A stretch of 64,000 nt of DNA from Bryobacterales bacterium. Its GTDB lineage: Bacteria > Acidobacteriota > Terriglobia > Bryobacterales > UBA6623. Positions 49,626-59,492 of the stretch are shown piece by piece; position 1 is the first letter of the stretch, and each line of letters opens with the position of its first letter. The notes beneath the pieces are model-generated. The model was given only the letters and a program-made list of their open reading frames with translations. It ran no database searches and had not been told where the DNA came from. The stretch spans positions 6,279,364-6,343,363 of the forward strand of contig OZ250179.1 in the NCBI GenBank assembly GCA_965238125.1. The letters are read 5' to 3'. Position numbers and translations under genes: made by a program.

Positions 49626-50687
49626 CTACATCATCTTGCAAGCCCGCAGCAAAGCTTCCTGTGTGATCAGATCATGCTCCACCGAGTAGTCGGGTTCGCC
49701 GCCCTCGACAATCGACGCCATCATGGCGAAGTCGGGCTCATAGGGAACCGAGCGCTTGTTCTCGATGTCGATCGTCCGTGCCCCGGCCTTGTAGGGTCCC
49801 GCGGCGTGGGCTAGATCGAGATGCACCCGCAGATTGGGGAAAAACGGCCGGACGGTCGCCGTCCCCTCGGTACCCGAGATTTGGAACGTGCGATAGCGGT
49901 TGCCGTTCGGTCGTTGGGCGGCGATATAGACTTCCGCGAGCGCGCTGTCGTACTCAAAAACGGCCAGCGTATTGTCGGCGAGCTTATCGGGAACATTCGA
50001 ATCGTGGCGAATCCAGCTCGTGATGTTCTGGGGCTTGCCCAGTAGATCGACGATGCGGTCGATCATGTGCGAACCCAGGTCGAACATCATCCCGCCTGAG
50101 TAGGCCGCGTCGTAATTGCGCCCCTCGCGGCCAAGCGGCTTGTCAATCGTTGCGCGGACCATATACACACTGCCCAGCCAACCCTTGCGCGCCGCCTCGA
50201 TCGCTTTCTGCATCGCCTCGTGATAGCGCCATTGGTAACCCATCTGAACGACCAGGTTCTTTTTCGTCGCCGCCGCGAGCAAGTCGCGAAGCGCCGGCAA
50301 GCTATCGCCCGGGGGCTTGTCGAGGTGGACAAATTTCCCGGCGTCGACGGCCTTGCGGGCATATTCGAAGTTCAGGTTATTGCGAACATCCGCCTCGACG
50401 GCGATCAACCGGATCGAATCGTCGTCGAGCATTTCGCGTTCATTGAGTCGGCGAACGCCTTGGTAGACCTCGTGATCCCAAGATTGTTTCGGGTCGGGCT
50501 CGCAGATGCCGACGAGGTCAAAGGCGTCCATGCCGCGCAGGGTTTGCACCTTGCTGCGAGCATGACCATGCCCGATACCCCACACCGCCGCCCGGATTGG
50601 CTTCGGAGTCGAAGCTGCGCTGAGCGCCCCCGCACTCGAGGCCAACAGAAAAGCACGGCGATCCAGCGAAGGTTTTGGGTTCGGCAT
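49626..50687 (-). CDS. Gfo/Idh/MocA oxidoreductase with Tat signal
   Basis: LDRRAFL; WGIGHGHA, VHLDKPPG, VQMGYQWRY, GGMMFDLGSH. Confidence 0.9.
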   Translation of the reverse strand: MPNPKPSLDRRAFLLASSAGALSAASTPKPIRAAVWGIGHGHARSKVQTLRGMDAFDLVGICEPDPKQSWDHEVYQGVRRLNEREMLDDDSIRLIAVEADVRNNLNFEYARKAVDAGKFVHLDKPPGDSLPALRDLLAAATKKNLVVQMGYQWRYHEAMQKAIEAARKGWLGSVYMVRATIDKPLGREGRNYDAAYSGGMMFDLGSHMIDRIVDLLGKPQNITSWIRHDSNVPDKLADNTLAVFEYDSALAEVYIAAQRPNGNRYRTFQISGTEGTATVRPFFPNLRVHLDLAHAAGPYKAGARTIDIENKRSVPYEPDFAMMASIVEGGEPDYSVEHDLITQEALLRACKMM

Positions 50688-50782
50688 GCCTTGGATTGTA
50701 GCAAGGGGGCGAGCGGCTTTACGGTGTCGATTCACCCGAAAGCGCTCGCAAGGCAGGCTAATCAAAGCCCGCTTTGCCAAGT

Positions 50783-51079
50783 CTAGGCGGCGGGCAGCGG
50801 GTCGTAACGCTCGACCTTGATCTGATCCTGGCGCTCGCGCGCCCGCGCCAGATCGTAAGCCGCCTGGAGTCGAAGCCAAAAATCCGCGTTAGACCATCCG
50901 GCTTTCTCCAACCGGATGGCCATCTCCGGCGAAATGGCCGCGTGGCCGTTCAGCACGCGCGAAAGCGTGTGGCGGGCGACGCCCAGCACGTTCGCGGCCT
51001 CGGTGACGCTCAGGCCCAGTGCGTCAAGGCAGTTCTGCTTGATGCTGAGGCCGGGATGCGGCGGGAAAGTCATAGGCAT
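50783..51079 (-). CDS. higA: HigA-family antitoxin
   Basis: [52 protein letters not shown]. Confidence 0.93.
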   Translation of the reverse strand: MPMTFPPHPGLSIKQNCLDALGLSVTEAANVLGVARHTLSRVLNGHAAISPEMAIRLEKAGWSNADFWLRLQAAYDLARARERQDQIKVERYDPLPAA

Positions 51080-51102
51080 GGCGTTCGTCCTCTCTTATTC
51101 AA

Positions 51103-51381
51103 CTAGTGGTAATCGACTAAGTCGACATCGCAGGCATCCCCGCCCTCAACCCGGAAAATGATCCGCCAATTGGCGGAAATCCATATGCTCCAGAAGCCCT
51201 TCCGATCCCCCTTCAGCGGGTGAAGTCGGTACCCTGGCAAGTCGAGATCTCGAGGCGTTCGTGCAGCGTTTAGATCCGCCAAAGCGATCCCGATTCGGTC
51301 AGCTTGGTCGGCGCGCAGCTTGCTCGGGTCGCCGCGCTCGTGAAGCCGCTTGAGACCACGATGACGAAATGACTGGATCAA
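51103..51381 (-). CDS. higB: HigB (RelE/ParE-type) toxin
   Basis: IQSFRHRGLKRL..PGYRLHPLKGDRKGFWSIWISANWRIIFR..VDLVDYH; toxin-before-antitoxin order. Confidence 0.93.
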   Translation of the reverse strand: MIQSFRHRGLKRLHERGDPSKLRADQADRIGIALADLNAARTPRDLDLPGYRLHPLKGDRKGFWSIWISANWRIIFRVEGGDACDVDLVDYH

Positions 51382-51386
51382 GCATC

Positions 51387-51415
51387 ATCGTACCGCGACA
51401 CGGTACGCATTTCAA
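51387..51415 (-). promoter_or_regulatory. higBA promoter and operator (leaderless)
   Basis: Minus strand TTGAAA-17 nt-TACGAT-5 nt-TTG start; palindrome CGTACCG-N5-CGGTACG at 51389-51407. Confidence 0.75.
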
Positions 51416-51537
51416 ATGGATCGAGCTTCCAGCCCGGCCCGTCCGCGTTTCCTCACACCCAAGGCTTTCGATAGTGTCCTAATAGATTTAGGACACTACC
51501 AGGATTTCCACGAGGCCGGTATACTGAACAGCGAAAA

Positions 51538-51924
51538 ATGCCTCTGGTGCGTTTGTGCAGGCCCGGGAGCCGCGACGACACCTTTGGGGAAGACCTCTTG
51601 GCCGAAAAAGTGCGAACCCTGGAACCGACGGCCATTGACAAGACAAGATTCCAAGGGTTGGCCCGAAGTTGGAAGAACGATACGCGGACAAGCTCGTCCA
51701 CAACCGAGCTGGCGATGCACCCAGCCTACCAGCAGATCATCGGCATGGGGGAACGAGCGTTGCCCTTGATTTTCCGCGAACTCCAACAAGCGCCGAGCCA
51801 TTGGTTCTGGGCGCTCAAAGCGATCACCGGCGAAGACCCCGTACCGGAATCGGACCTAGGCAGGATGCCGGCCATGGGGCAAGCTTGGTTGGACTGGGGT
51901 AGACGCAACGGCTACGTAAGTTAA
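51538..51924 (+). CDS. Conserved-looking hypothetical protein (start uncertain)
   Basis: F..LARSWK.DT..SS...MHPAYQQIIGMGERALPLIFREL..PSHWFWALKAITGEDP..WLDWG. Confidence 0.7.
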   Translation: MPLVRLCRPGSRDDTFGEDLLAEKVRTLEPTAIDKTRFQGLARSWKNDTRTSSSTTELAMHPAYQQIIGMGERALPLIFRELQQAPSHWFWALKAITGEDPVPESDLGRMPAMGQAWLDWGRRNGYVS

Positions 51925-51980
51925 TTCAACTAGTGGGCTTCGTCGCGACCGTCCGCCACCCCGGCATACGCGAAGCCCAT

Positions 51981-52854
51981 TCACGCCGCGAGATCCCAAT
52001 TCGGCTTTCGATTCCAGGGGTGCGGCTCGACACCCGGCGTCGCCGGCGGCAGCAAATCGGCAATCATCCCCTTCGCTTCTCTGGGCCAATCGTCCAGCTT
52101 CAATGAATCGGCCGCGGCCGCATCCGTGTCGACCCCGCGGCGTTCATAGATCTCGCGAATGCGAGACCGCATACCCGCCGGCAGCGAACCGAAATCCGGG
52201 TGATACCACAGAACGTGATCAAACTACGCTCCTGGGAGGATTGATTCGCGTAGGCGGCGTGCAACAAGCGGGAGTCGCCAATGACTAGATCCCCCGCCCG
52301 CACGGGGACCGCCTTTTCTTCCGCCAACGAACCATACAGCGGATCATCGGGGTCGTCGACCCGCGACAGAGCCTCGTCATGGGCTTGGTCGGCGTCGTGA
52401 AGCGGATGCTTTTGGCGGTGGCTTCCGGGGACCACCCGCAGGCAACCGTTCTCCGGCGACGTATCGGTCAGGTAATACATCAAGAAGACCTGCGCGACCG
52501 CTTCGGTGTAGGAGATGGGGTCGTCCCAACCCCACCAGTCTTGATGCCAAAACAGCGGCGGGCCGCCCGGCGGTTTGCTGATCAGATAGCCCGAACTGAA
52601 TCTCGGATCGGCGAACTCGAGCTCGGAGAAGGCCGCTCGAGCTCTAGGCGTTCCCGATCAGGGCCGCGTAGTCGGGATAGTCCGAGGTGTTGACCAGGCT
52701 GCCCTGGGAGCGATTTTGAGCACGGTGTTCGACCGAGACACGCTCGAGAATTCCGGTGGAAATCCGCCCGCACGCTTTCAAGCAATGGACGGATCAAGCG
52801 CGCCGTGACGACACAATATCCGTTGGTCAGCAAGTGCTGTCGTAGCGGTTCCAT
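51981..52854 (-). pseudogene. Phytanoyl-CoA dioxygenase (PhyH) family, multiple frameshifts
   Basis: Across frames: LLTNGYCVV, KPPGGPPLFWHQDWW, YLTDTSPENGCLRVVPGSH, GDLVIGDSRLLHAAYAN. Confidence 0.82.
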
Positions 52855-53098
52855 ACCGTGCTTCCCCTCGTCGTCGGGCGGCCCGTTGGCAGAGCGATTA
52901 TAGCCGACGGTCCGCTGGAAAACCATCGGGACGGTCGCTCGTGTTCGCCCGTGCTGCTGTTGCGCTCGGCTGGCGACGACCGCCGCGCCCCGGGGCCGAA
53001 TTCGCAATCGCGTAGGTTCCCATCGAGGCGGCGTGGTGCGGCAAGCACCCGCGGTGAACTACAATGCCGCTCTGAACCATAACTTTGTGGAGACCGTC

Positions 53099-53500
53099 AT
53101 GACGAAATTCCGGACCCTATCGCTTAACCTTCTACGTGCCGTCTCGGGCTTCTTGCTGTTGCAGCACGGCTTACAAAAGTTGTTCGGGCTGCTGGGGCGC
53201 GACGCGGCGCCCTTGATGTCGTTGAGCGGGGTTGCCGGCGTGCTGGAGTTCTTCGGTGGGTTGGCGTTGATCGTCGGGCTTGGTACGCGGCCCGTTGCCT
53301 TCTTGTTGTCGGGCCAGCTCGCGGTGGCTTACTTCATGGTACACGCGGGGCGGGGCTTCTGGCCGATCCAAAACGGCGGCGAGTTGCCGGCGCTTTACTC
53401 GTTTGCCTTCCTCTATCTGTCGGCCAACGGCGGCGGCGACTTTTCGATCGACGGGTGGTTGCGAAGACGCAAACAACCTTCCGCGGCCGGCGGTCGCTGA
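53099..53500 (+). CDS. DoxX family membrane protein
   Basis: LLRAVSGFLLLQHGLQKLFG..LEFFGGL..GLGTRPVAF..AYFMVH..NGGELPALY..GGGDFSID. Confidence 0.92.
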   Translation: MTKFRTLSLNLLRAVSGFLLLQHGLQKLFGLLGRDAAPLMSLSGVAGVLEFFGGLALIVGLGTRPVAFLLSGQLAVAYFMVHAGRGFWPIQNGGELPALYSFAFLYLSANGGGDFSIDGWLRRRKQPSAAGGR

Positions 53501-53546
53501 AGGTCGATTCCAGACGTCGACACCGCGTTTGCCGCGTCTCAACCCC

Positions 53547-54586
53547 TTACACGGGGTCGGCGTATTCGAATCCCATGGCCTCGAAATCGAGGACTTGGGA
53601 AACCGTAACCGCCGGATCGGCACTGAAGTCCGGCAGCCGATTGACGATGGCCGCGGATACCGATACCGTTCGATAGCCTGCGGCGTTTCCAACCCAAGGC
53701 CACATCACATCATTCAGGCGGTGCCCGAGAGGAGTCTGGCGCAGCGTAAACGGCGAAAGTTCGTTCGGAGCAGGCCAATGCTGGTCGTGCGTCGAGCCCG
53801 CTACATCCGCGATCCGCTTCTGCTGCCAATGCGCCAGATGCGGTCGACGTTGGCGTGGTGGAGCCAAAAGATCGGGTCATTGGGGGAGAAAGCTCCTCCC
53901 ATATGGCCCCGATAAATCTATGCGCCGGAATTGTGGGTGCGGGTGGTAATGGCGGAGATGGCCCGCTTCCAATACCAGCCAGAATGCCCATAGCCCGTTG
54001 GCGCCGCGCACCGGTATGTCCATCTCAGCCAAGAAATCGATGCTGGTGGTGGCGGGCGGCTCAGCTCATTTCCGTGCTTCCCCGCGACAAGGCCGTTCCG
54101 TTGCCTTCCGCGAGCAGCGAATGTACGGGGAAGCCTTGCGCGCCCGCCGGCCACCACGCCGGGCGCTCCCCGGCCGGCACCTGCCGACGAAGGACGCCGT
54201 TGGAAACGGCAGTCGGCGCGCCCCAACTGGTCGTAACTCAAGAAGTCCGGCGTAAACAATCTTGTGGCGGCCGAGACATCATCACTCCAGCGCCAGTAGG
54301 GCAATGTTACCCCGGCGACTTCCTGCTGCAGGGCCAACTCAAGGACGCGCAGGTACTGACGGTGCCAAGGCAGAAAGCCGACGTTGCCATGGGCGAAATT
54401 GATCGGGTCGGCCACGCCCGGGCTCAACACCGCCATCACCGCGCCATGCAGAGCGACGAACTGGTCGTAAACGCTGGTACCGGCGGGGGCGCCGGGAGCT
54501 TGTCGCGCTTTGAGCTTGATGAACGCTTCCACCACCGCCTGCTGTTCGTCGTCGGACAGGTCAACCGCATTTTTCCTGACATCCAT
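53547..54586 (-). pseudogene. Tyrosinase (type-3 copper), frameshifted
   Basis: VRKNAVDLS, YDQFVALH, AHGNVGFLPWHRQYL, LPYWRW; later frames give HN, SPNDPIFWLHHANVDRIW and GHRLNDVMWPW..GFEY. Confidence 0.85.
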
Positions 54587-54598
54587 GAGATTCCCTCC

Positions 54599-55108
54599 TT
54601 AGTGCGCATGCGACCCGTGCGCCGCGGCCTGGTCGTGAATTGCCTTTTTCGCCGAAGCGTGGTGGTCGTGGTGCGTCGTAGCGCGGATGACGTTTAGCGC
54701 GGCCATGATCGGAGGTCTGGGGACATTTCCGGGATCATCCCCCCGGGCTTCCTCCACGACTTCACGAAAAGTGCGGCCCGAACGGGTGCGAAGCTTCAAG
54801 AGGCTCTGGTACATACTCGGCGGACCGAACTCGATGCGTAATTCCGCGCCCGCGCGGTGCGGTTGAACTTCGATCGCGGCGGGTTCCGGGGGAGTGTGGC
54901 CGCAGTAGACGGTCCCCTCGATTCGGGCGGCGACTTCCTGGAAGAAACCGGCGTCGCAGCCCTCGAGCGCCGATCCGCTGGTCACCAGCTCCAAACGCTG
55001 GAACAGCATTCCCGGGCCGGTGACGAGGACGTCGATCTCGTTGGCGTCGACCAAAAAGTCCAGTAGACGGGGCCCGCCTTTTGTCAGCAGATACTCTTGT
55101 GTGGCCAT
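54599..55108 (-). CDS. Hypothetical protein with His-rich C-terminus, directly upstream of tyrosinase
   Basis: AGGAGG RBS then MATQEYLL; ends HHDHHASAKKAIHDQAAAHGSHAH*; 12 nt before the tyrosinase ATG. Confidence 0.65.
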   Translation of the reverse strand: MATQEYLLTKGGPRLLDFLVDANEIDVLVTGPGMLFQRLELVTSGSALEGCDAGFFQEVAARIEGTVYCGHTPPEPAAIEVQPHRAGAELRIEFGPPSMYQSLLKLRTRSGRTFREVVEEARGDDPGNVPRPPIMAALNVIRATTHHDHHASAKKAIHDQAAAHGSHAH

Positions 55109-55344
55109 CCAGGTCCTCCTATTTCCGGGTCGGGTTCGCTGCCGGCCGAGGGACTCGGAGCGTGCCGTGCCGGGTTGGCGAATCGTGGCGATTGTCCCCA
55201 GGTCAACGGCAAGAAAAAGTGTCGGCCGGCCAACGATACCACTATTCAATGCGTCTTCGCGGGTCAAAAGGGGCCGGCGTCCGCAAAGTTTTAGGCGTCA
55301 GGTGTTTCGGCAGGTGTCGGGAGCGAGCCCCCGCAGCCCCGGCC

Positions 55345-55500
55345 TACCGGGCGCGGTAGGCGGCCGGGGCGGCGCCGGTGTGGGGTCTTAAAGACTCTCG
55401 TCGAGAAATGACCGCGGCTCGAGAAACCAACGCGGTCGGCCACTTCGTTGATTGAAAGCGCCCCCTGCTTGAGTAGGTACGCGGCGCGCTGCATGCGGCG
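55345..55500 (-). pseudogene. AraC-family HTH fragment
   Basis: RMQRAAYLLKQGALSINEVADRVGFSSRGHFS then, in another frame, TGAAPAAYR. Confidence 0.7.
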
Positions 55501-55997
55501 AGGCAGCTTCGATGCGAGATCGGTCGAGATCGGGGACAGGAAGGTGTGAGTAAATTGAAAACCGCGCTTTCCGCCAAGTTGCTTACGGCGTAAGTCCTTT
55601 TAATTCAGTAGCTCATTAACGCAAATGTGGCGGTCCGAACGTCCGAAATCAATTTACTCACAGCTTCCAGCTCCCGAACTCGGAAACCTGTTTGACGCAG
55701 ACCGCCATCCTGAGCACGACGATTGCATCGGCCCATGTGCTTCCATATCAACGCCTTAACAGCCTTCCCGGACGCCGAATGGCCCAACTCAAATAAAGAA
55801 TCCGTGCCAAAACAATCCCTTGAACCTGCCCGATCTGGCTCCGAATAGGGATCGGGAGCCGTCCCCGATCTCCCCTGCGACACGGGCTAGATTAGAGGTG
55901 CTGATTGCTGGATGGAACGGGATATGTCGACAGCTACAGGCGAACCTGCGCAATCACTCGGTGACGCTCAAAATCGAGCCTGAGATGCGCTTGTATC

Positions 55998-56207
55998 TTA
56001 ACGCCGTGTGGGTGCCTTACCCTCAACGTCGCCCCCGTAGAACCGAATGTCGTTGCGGGTGTATTCGTGGCGGGCATTGCAGTTGGGACAGGTCAACGAA
56101 CCTTTGAAGTCGGGATCCCGAAGATCACGCTCCCCCGGACCTGGCCGTATCTCGTCAATCGCAAAAACTTCGTTGCAGGTCTCGCAGATGATGCCTCTAT
56201 ACACCAT
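55998..56207 (-). CDS. Small zinc-ribbon-like protein
   Basis: 69 aa with CETC...CPNC; its start (56207) lies 82 nt after the stop of the pentapeptide gene. Confidence 0.55.
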   Translation of the reverse strand: MVYRGIICETCNEVFAIDEIRPGPGERDLRDPDFKGSLTCPNCNARHEYTRNDIRFYGGDVEGKAPTRR

Positions 56208-56288
56208 GAACTCAACGTTACTAACAATCTCCCTTCAGCTGCAAGCAGGTCCTCCTTCGTCCTCTGGATTCTCGAGCCGGTGCGCCGG

Positions 56289-56631
56289 CTACATGAGGTC
56301 CTCGGGCAGCCTTGCATCCTTGCCTCGCCGAGCTTGGTTGATCTGCCCTTGAGTGAGACCTTCCGACCCTCTGAGGTCCGCCTCGCTCAGGTCTGCCTGG
56401 AGGAGGTCCGCCAGGAAGAGATTCGCCCCGGAGAGGTCTGCTCCGCGGAGGTTCGCTCGGTAGAGGTACGCCCGGCGAAGGTTCGTCCCGCTCAGGTTGG
56501 CCAGGCCCAGATTCGCTTCACGGAGGTCCGCCTGCGCGAGATCCGGACGTATTTCCGGATTCTCCTCCCTTCCACCGATTCCAGACCTCGACACCTTGTT
56601 TGAGGACGCTAAGATGTTTCGGATTCGCCAT
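56289..56631 (-). pseudogene. Pentapeptide-repeat protein, frameshifted
   Basis: [20 protein letters not shown] then a +1 shift into [11 protein letters not shown] and A(D/N)Lxx repeats. Confidence 0.8.
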
Positions 56632-56742
56632 GTGGCTTACCTCGGGTTAGCTCTCCACTGAGACACCGCTCTCGATGCTCTTGTTCAAGTGAGCCGCTCA
56701 GGATTTCATCCGGAAGCCTGCGCCCTTGAGAATTTGTGTAAT

Positions 56743-57421
56743 TTAATGGCCATTGGCTTCTCGATCGAGCCAGTTCGCCGGTATTTCAAGCCCTTCCGGC
56801 AACTTCGTATCCCCGTCTCCTTGTGCTGTGTTGATGCTCTCCTGGGTCAGACCGTCCGCGGTGCGGAGGTCCGCCCCGCTGACATCTGTCATGAGCAGCT
56901 TTGTCCCTCCCAGGTTCGCCCCCGTGAGGTTCGCTCGGACGAGCAGAGCCGCTCGGAGGTCCGCCGTGCCGAGGTTCGCCTCGATGAGGACCGCCCCGCT
57001 AAGGTCGGCCTCAAGGAGGTTTGCCTTGCTGAGGTTGGCCCTCGTAATGTCTGCGCCGGTGAGCCTGGCCGCACGGAGATCCGCCGCTCGGAGATCCGCC
57101 CCCTCGAAGTCCGCCCCGGTGAGAGCCGCGCCAATAAAGTCGGCATCGATGAGGTTCGCCTCCCTGAAGTCGGTCCCGATGAGGTCTGCTCCGCTCAGAT
57201 TCATCTCACGGAGGTTCGCCCCGCGAAGGTTCGCCCCACTAAGGTCTGCTCCGAAAAGAACCGCCACAGAGGTTCGCATCACCGAAGTTCGCCTCGCGAA
57301 GCTCGATCCCGCGGAGTTCGGCATCGGAGAGGTCCGGCTGTGTTTCCGGATTGTCCTCTCTCCACCGATTCCAGGCCTCGACACCCTGCTTACACACGTC
57401 GAGATGTTTTGGGTTTGCCAT
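56743..57421 (-). pseudogene. Pentapeptide-repeat protein, frameshifted
   Basis: MANPKHLDVCKQGVEAWNRWREDNPETQPDL..., shift near 57265, long A(D/N)Lxx run, ends GLTQESINTAQGDGDTKLPEGL..PANW. Confidence 0.85.
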
Positions 57422-57750
57422 GGAGTCAAGGTGCTCTCAGAGTCAAGTCTAGATGTTCACGACAGTGAACGTCGGTCTGATCATTGTGCCTCAGCCGGAG
57501 CAGGAGTTGCCGAGAGGCAAGGTCGGAGTCCTCTCGGCGGACGGGCCGCCGGCGTCCGGAATGCCTTGACCGGACCCGATCTGAAGGCCGGACCGGCGAA
57601 GAAAGGAGGATCGAACGTGAAAGCAGTGCGAAGAGTGCGAAGAACGTTGCAGCGCAAACCGTGGCTCGGCCATGCTATCCTTAGCCGGGATTGCCAAGGC
57701 GGAAACGCTCGTTCAGTGACGCTGGGGAAATGATCTCGCCGGGAACAAAC

Positions 57751-58563
57751 GTGAACTCAATATTGAAACCTGACCGCATACGAACCGCATTGCTGCTCGC
57801 AGCCGGAACCGGCAGTCGACTTTCTCCGTTAACGGACACCGCCCACAAGTGCCTGACTGAAGTCAACGGCGTGCCCATCCTCAGGCAACAAATAGCCTGT
57901 CTGGAGCAGTGGGGGTTTGAGGATCTGATCGTTGTCGTCGGCCACCAAGGCGATCAGATTCGAGAGTTCTTGGGCAGCTTCGAGTTGGATCTGAAAGTCA
58001 GCTACATCCACAACCCACGGTATCGAACGACGAACAACCTCTACTCGCTGTGGTTGGCTCGGAAGGCAATCGAGCGGTCGTTTCTCCTGCTGGAGTGTGA
58101 CCTTTTCTTCGAGGCCGGTCTGCTGTCAGGGATGCTGCACCCGGACAAGATCGCTCTCGCGATCCGACGGCCGTGGATGCGCGGTACTACGGTCACGCTG
58201 GACGACTCGCAACGGGTCGTTGGGTTTCAGCTGGGAGGCAGCGCCACGGGAGATCCCCTCACCTACAAGACCGTGAACATCCACAGCCTCTCTCTGTCCA
58301 CCTGGCGCCGCATGAGGAGACGTCTCGATGCGTACGTTTCGTCGGGCAGGGTGAACGACTACTACGAGGCGGTTTTCCGCGACATGACCGTCGACGGAGT
58401 ATTCAACGCGCGGGCTGTATCCTTTGACGACGGGAGCTGGTACGAAGTCGATACGCTGGAGGATCTAAGTTCCGCCGAGAGGTTGTTCGCGAACTCGCGT
58501 ATCGCGAAGCGAAAAATACGAAAATCGCGGGCGACCCCCGCGACTTCACGAGACGCGGCGTAG
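57751..58563 (+). CDS. LicC/PntC-like phosphocholine (phosphobase) cytidylyltransferase
   Basis: ALLLAAGTGSRLSPLT..HKCL, NPRYRTTNNLYSLWLA, LLECDL, YYEAVF, WYEVDTLEDL. Confidence 0.88.
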   Translation: MNSILKPDRIRTALLLAAGTGSRLSPLTDTAHKCLTEVNGVPILRQQIACLEQWGFEDLIVVVGHQGDQIREFLGSFELDLKVSYIHNPRYRTTNNLYSLWLARKAIERSFLLLECDLFFEAGLLSGMLHPDKIALAIRRPWMRGTTVTLDDSQRVVGFQLGGSATGDPLTYKTVNIHSLSLSTWRRMRRRLDAYVSSGRVNDYYEAVFRDMTVDGVFNARAVSFDDGSWYEVDTLEDLSSAERLFANSRIAKRKIRKSRATPATSRDAA

Positions 58564-58632
58564 CGGTGAACAACGGTGCGCCGCCGGTGCGGCAACTTCG
58601 GCCGGGCTCTCGATCAGCGTCTGAGGGCCGGC

Positions 58633-59442
58633 ATGGCTGAGCTGGACTACGCAACCGTCCAGCGATACTGGAACGCCGCTCAGCCCTCGATCCTCGCGCC
58701 TTACATGATGGACGGATTTGGCTTCCCCGCGGGGGCGGGGCGGTTTCGATTCCGGGCGGAATCGAAAATTGTCCAACGCCTCATCGCCGGCGCCAACACC
58801 AACGGAACCGTGTTGGACCTCGGCAGCGGCATCGGCTACTGGGCCGAGTTCTTCTCTCGCCGGTTCGCCGGCGTTGTCGCCATCGAGGCTGGCTTGTCGC
58901 TGTTTGAGGATCTGAAGCGGCGGTGCGCTCCCTACGCCAATGTCAAGACTCTCCACGGCAGGGTGTCCGAGTTTGAGCCGGAAGGCGTCTATTCCTTGAT
59001 GTTCTTCGGCGGCATGCTGATGTACCTCAAGACCGAAGACGTGATTTCGCTTCTCCGGAAGCTCATCCCCTTCCTCGAGGCCGGCGGCATGATCCTGTGC
59101 CGGGAGACGACCGCGCGTGAGGGAACCGTCACGCGCCAGGGAGAGTATCAGGCAGTGTACCGCTCCGTCGCGTCGTACTCGCGGATCTTCGAGGAATGTG
59201 GACTCACTGTTTCGACCGTCGAGTTGAACGTGCCCTATGCACTGCTTCAGATCGGCTGTGAGTCCGTTCGCAAGTGGCGGGAGATGATGCCGAAGCCCTT
59301 GCGGTTGACCCCCATCGTCGGTCGTCTCGCATACTGGGCCCTACGCTTGAGCGACCCGTTGGCTGTTCGGGCGCCCCAGGCGCTGGGGCTGCCGATCCCG
59401 CGCCTAACGAATCACTTCTTCGTACTGCGAGCAGCGGGCTGA
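58633..59442 (+). CDS. Class I SAM methyltransferase resembling the phosphoethanolamine N-methyltransferase MT1 domain
   Basis: VLDLGSGIG motif I; VQRYW, YMMD, MLMYL..EDV..LL, GGMILCRET, YRS...YSRIFEEC. Confidence 0.82.
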   Translation: MAELDYATVQRYWNAAQPSILAPYMMDGFGFPAGAGRFRFRAESKIVQRLIAGANTNGTVLDLGSGIGYWAEFFSRRFAGVVAIEAGLSLFEDLKRRCAPYANVKTLHGRVSEFEPEGVYSLMFFGGMLMYLKTEDVISLLRKLIPFLEAGGMILCRETTAREGTVTRQGEYQAVYRSVASYSRIFEECGLTVSTVELNVPYALLQIGCESVRKWREMMPKPLRLTPIVGRLAYWALRLSDPLAVRAPQALGLPIPRLTNHFFVLRAAG

Positions 59443-59492
59443 TCTAGTCCGCCGAGGCCGGCACGATCGCGCTTCTTGATGAAGGAAAAGAT

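Noticed and set aside
56289-57421. Diversity-generating retroelement template/variable repeat pair
   Set aside because: The similarity reflects paralogous pentapeptide genes, differences are not adenine-specific, and no reverse transcriptase is present.
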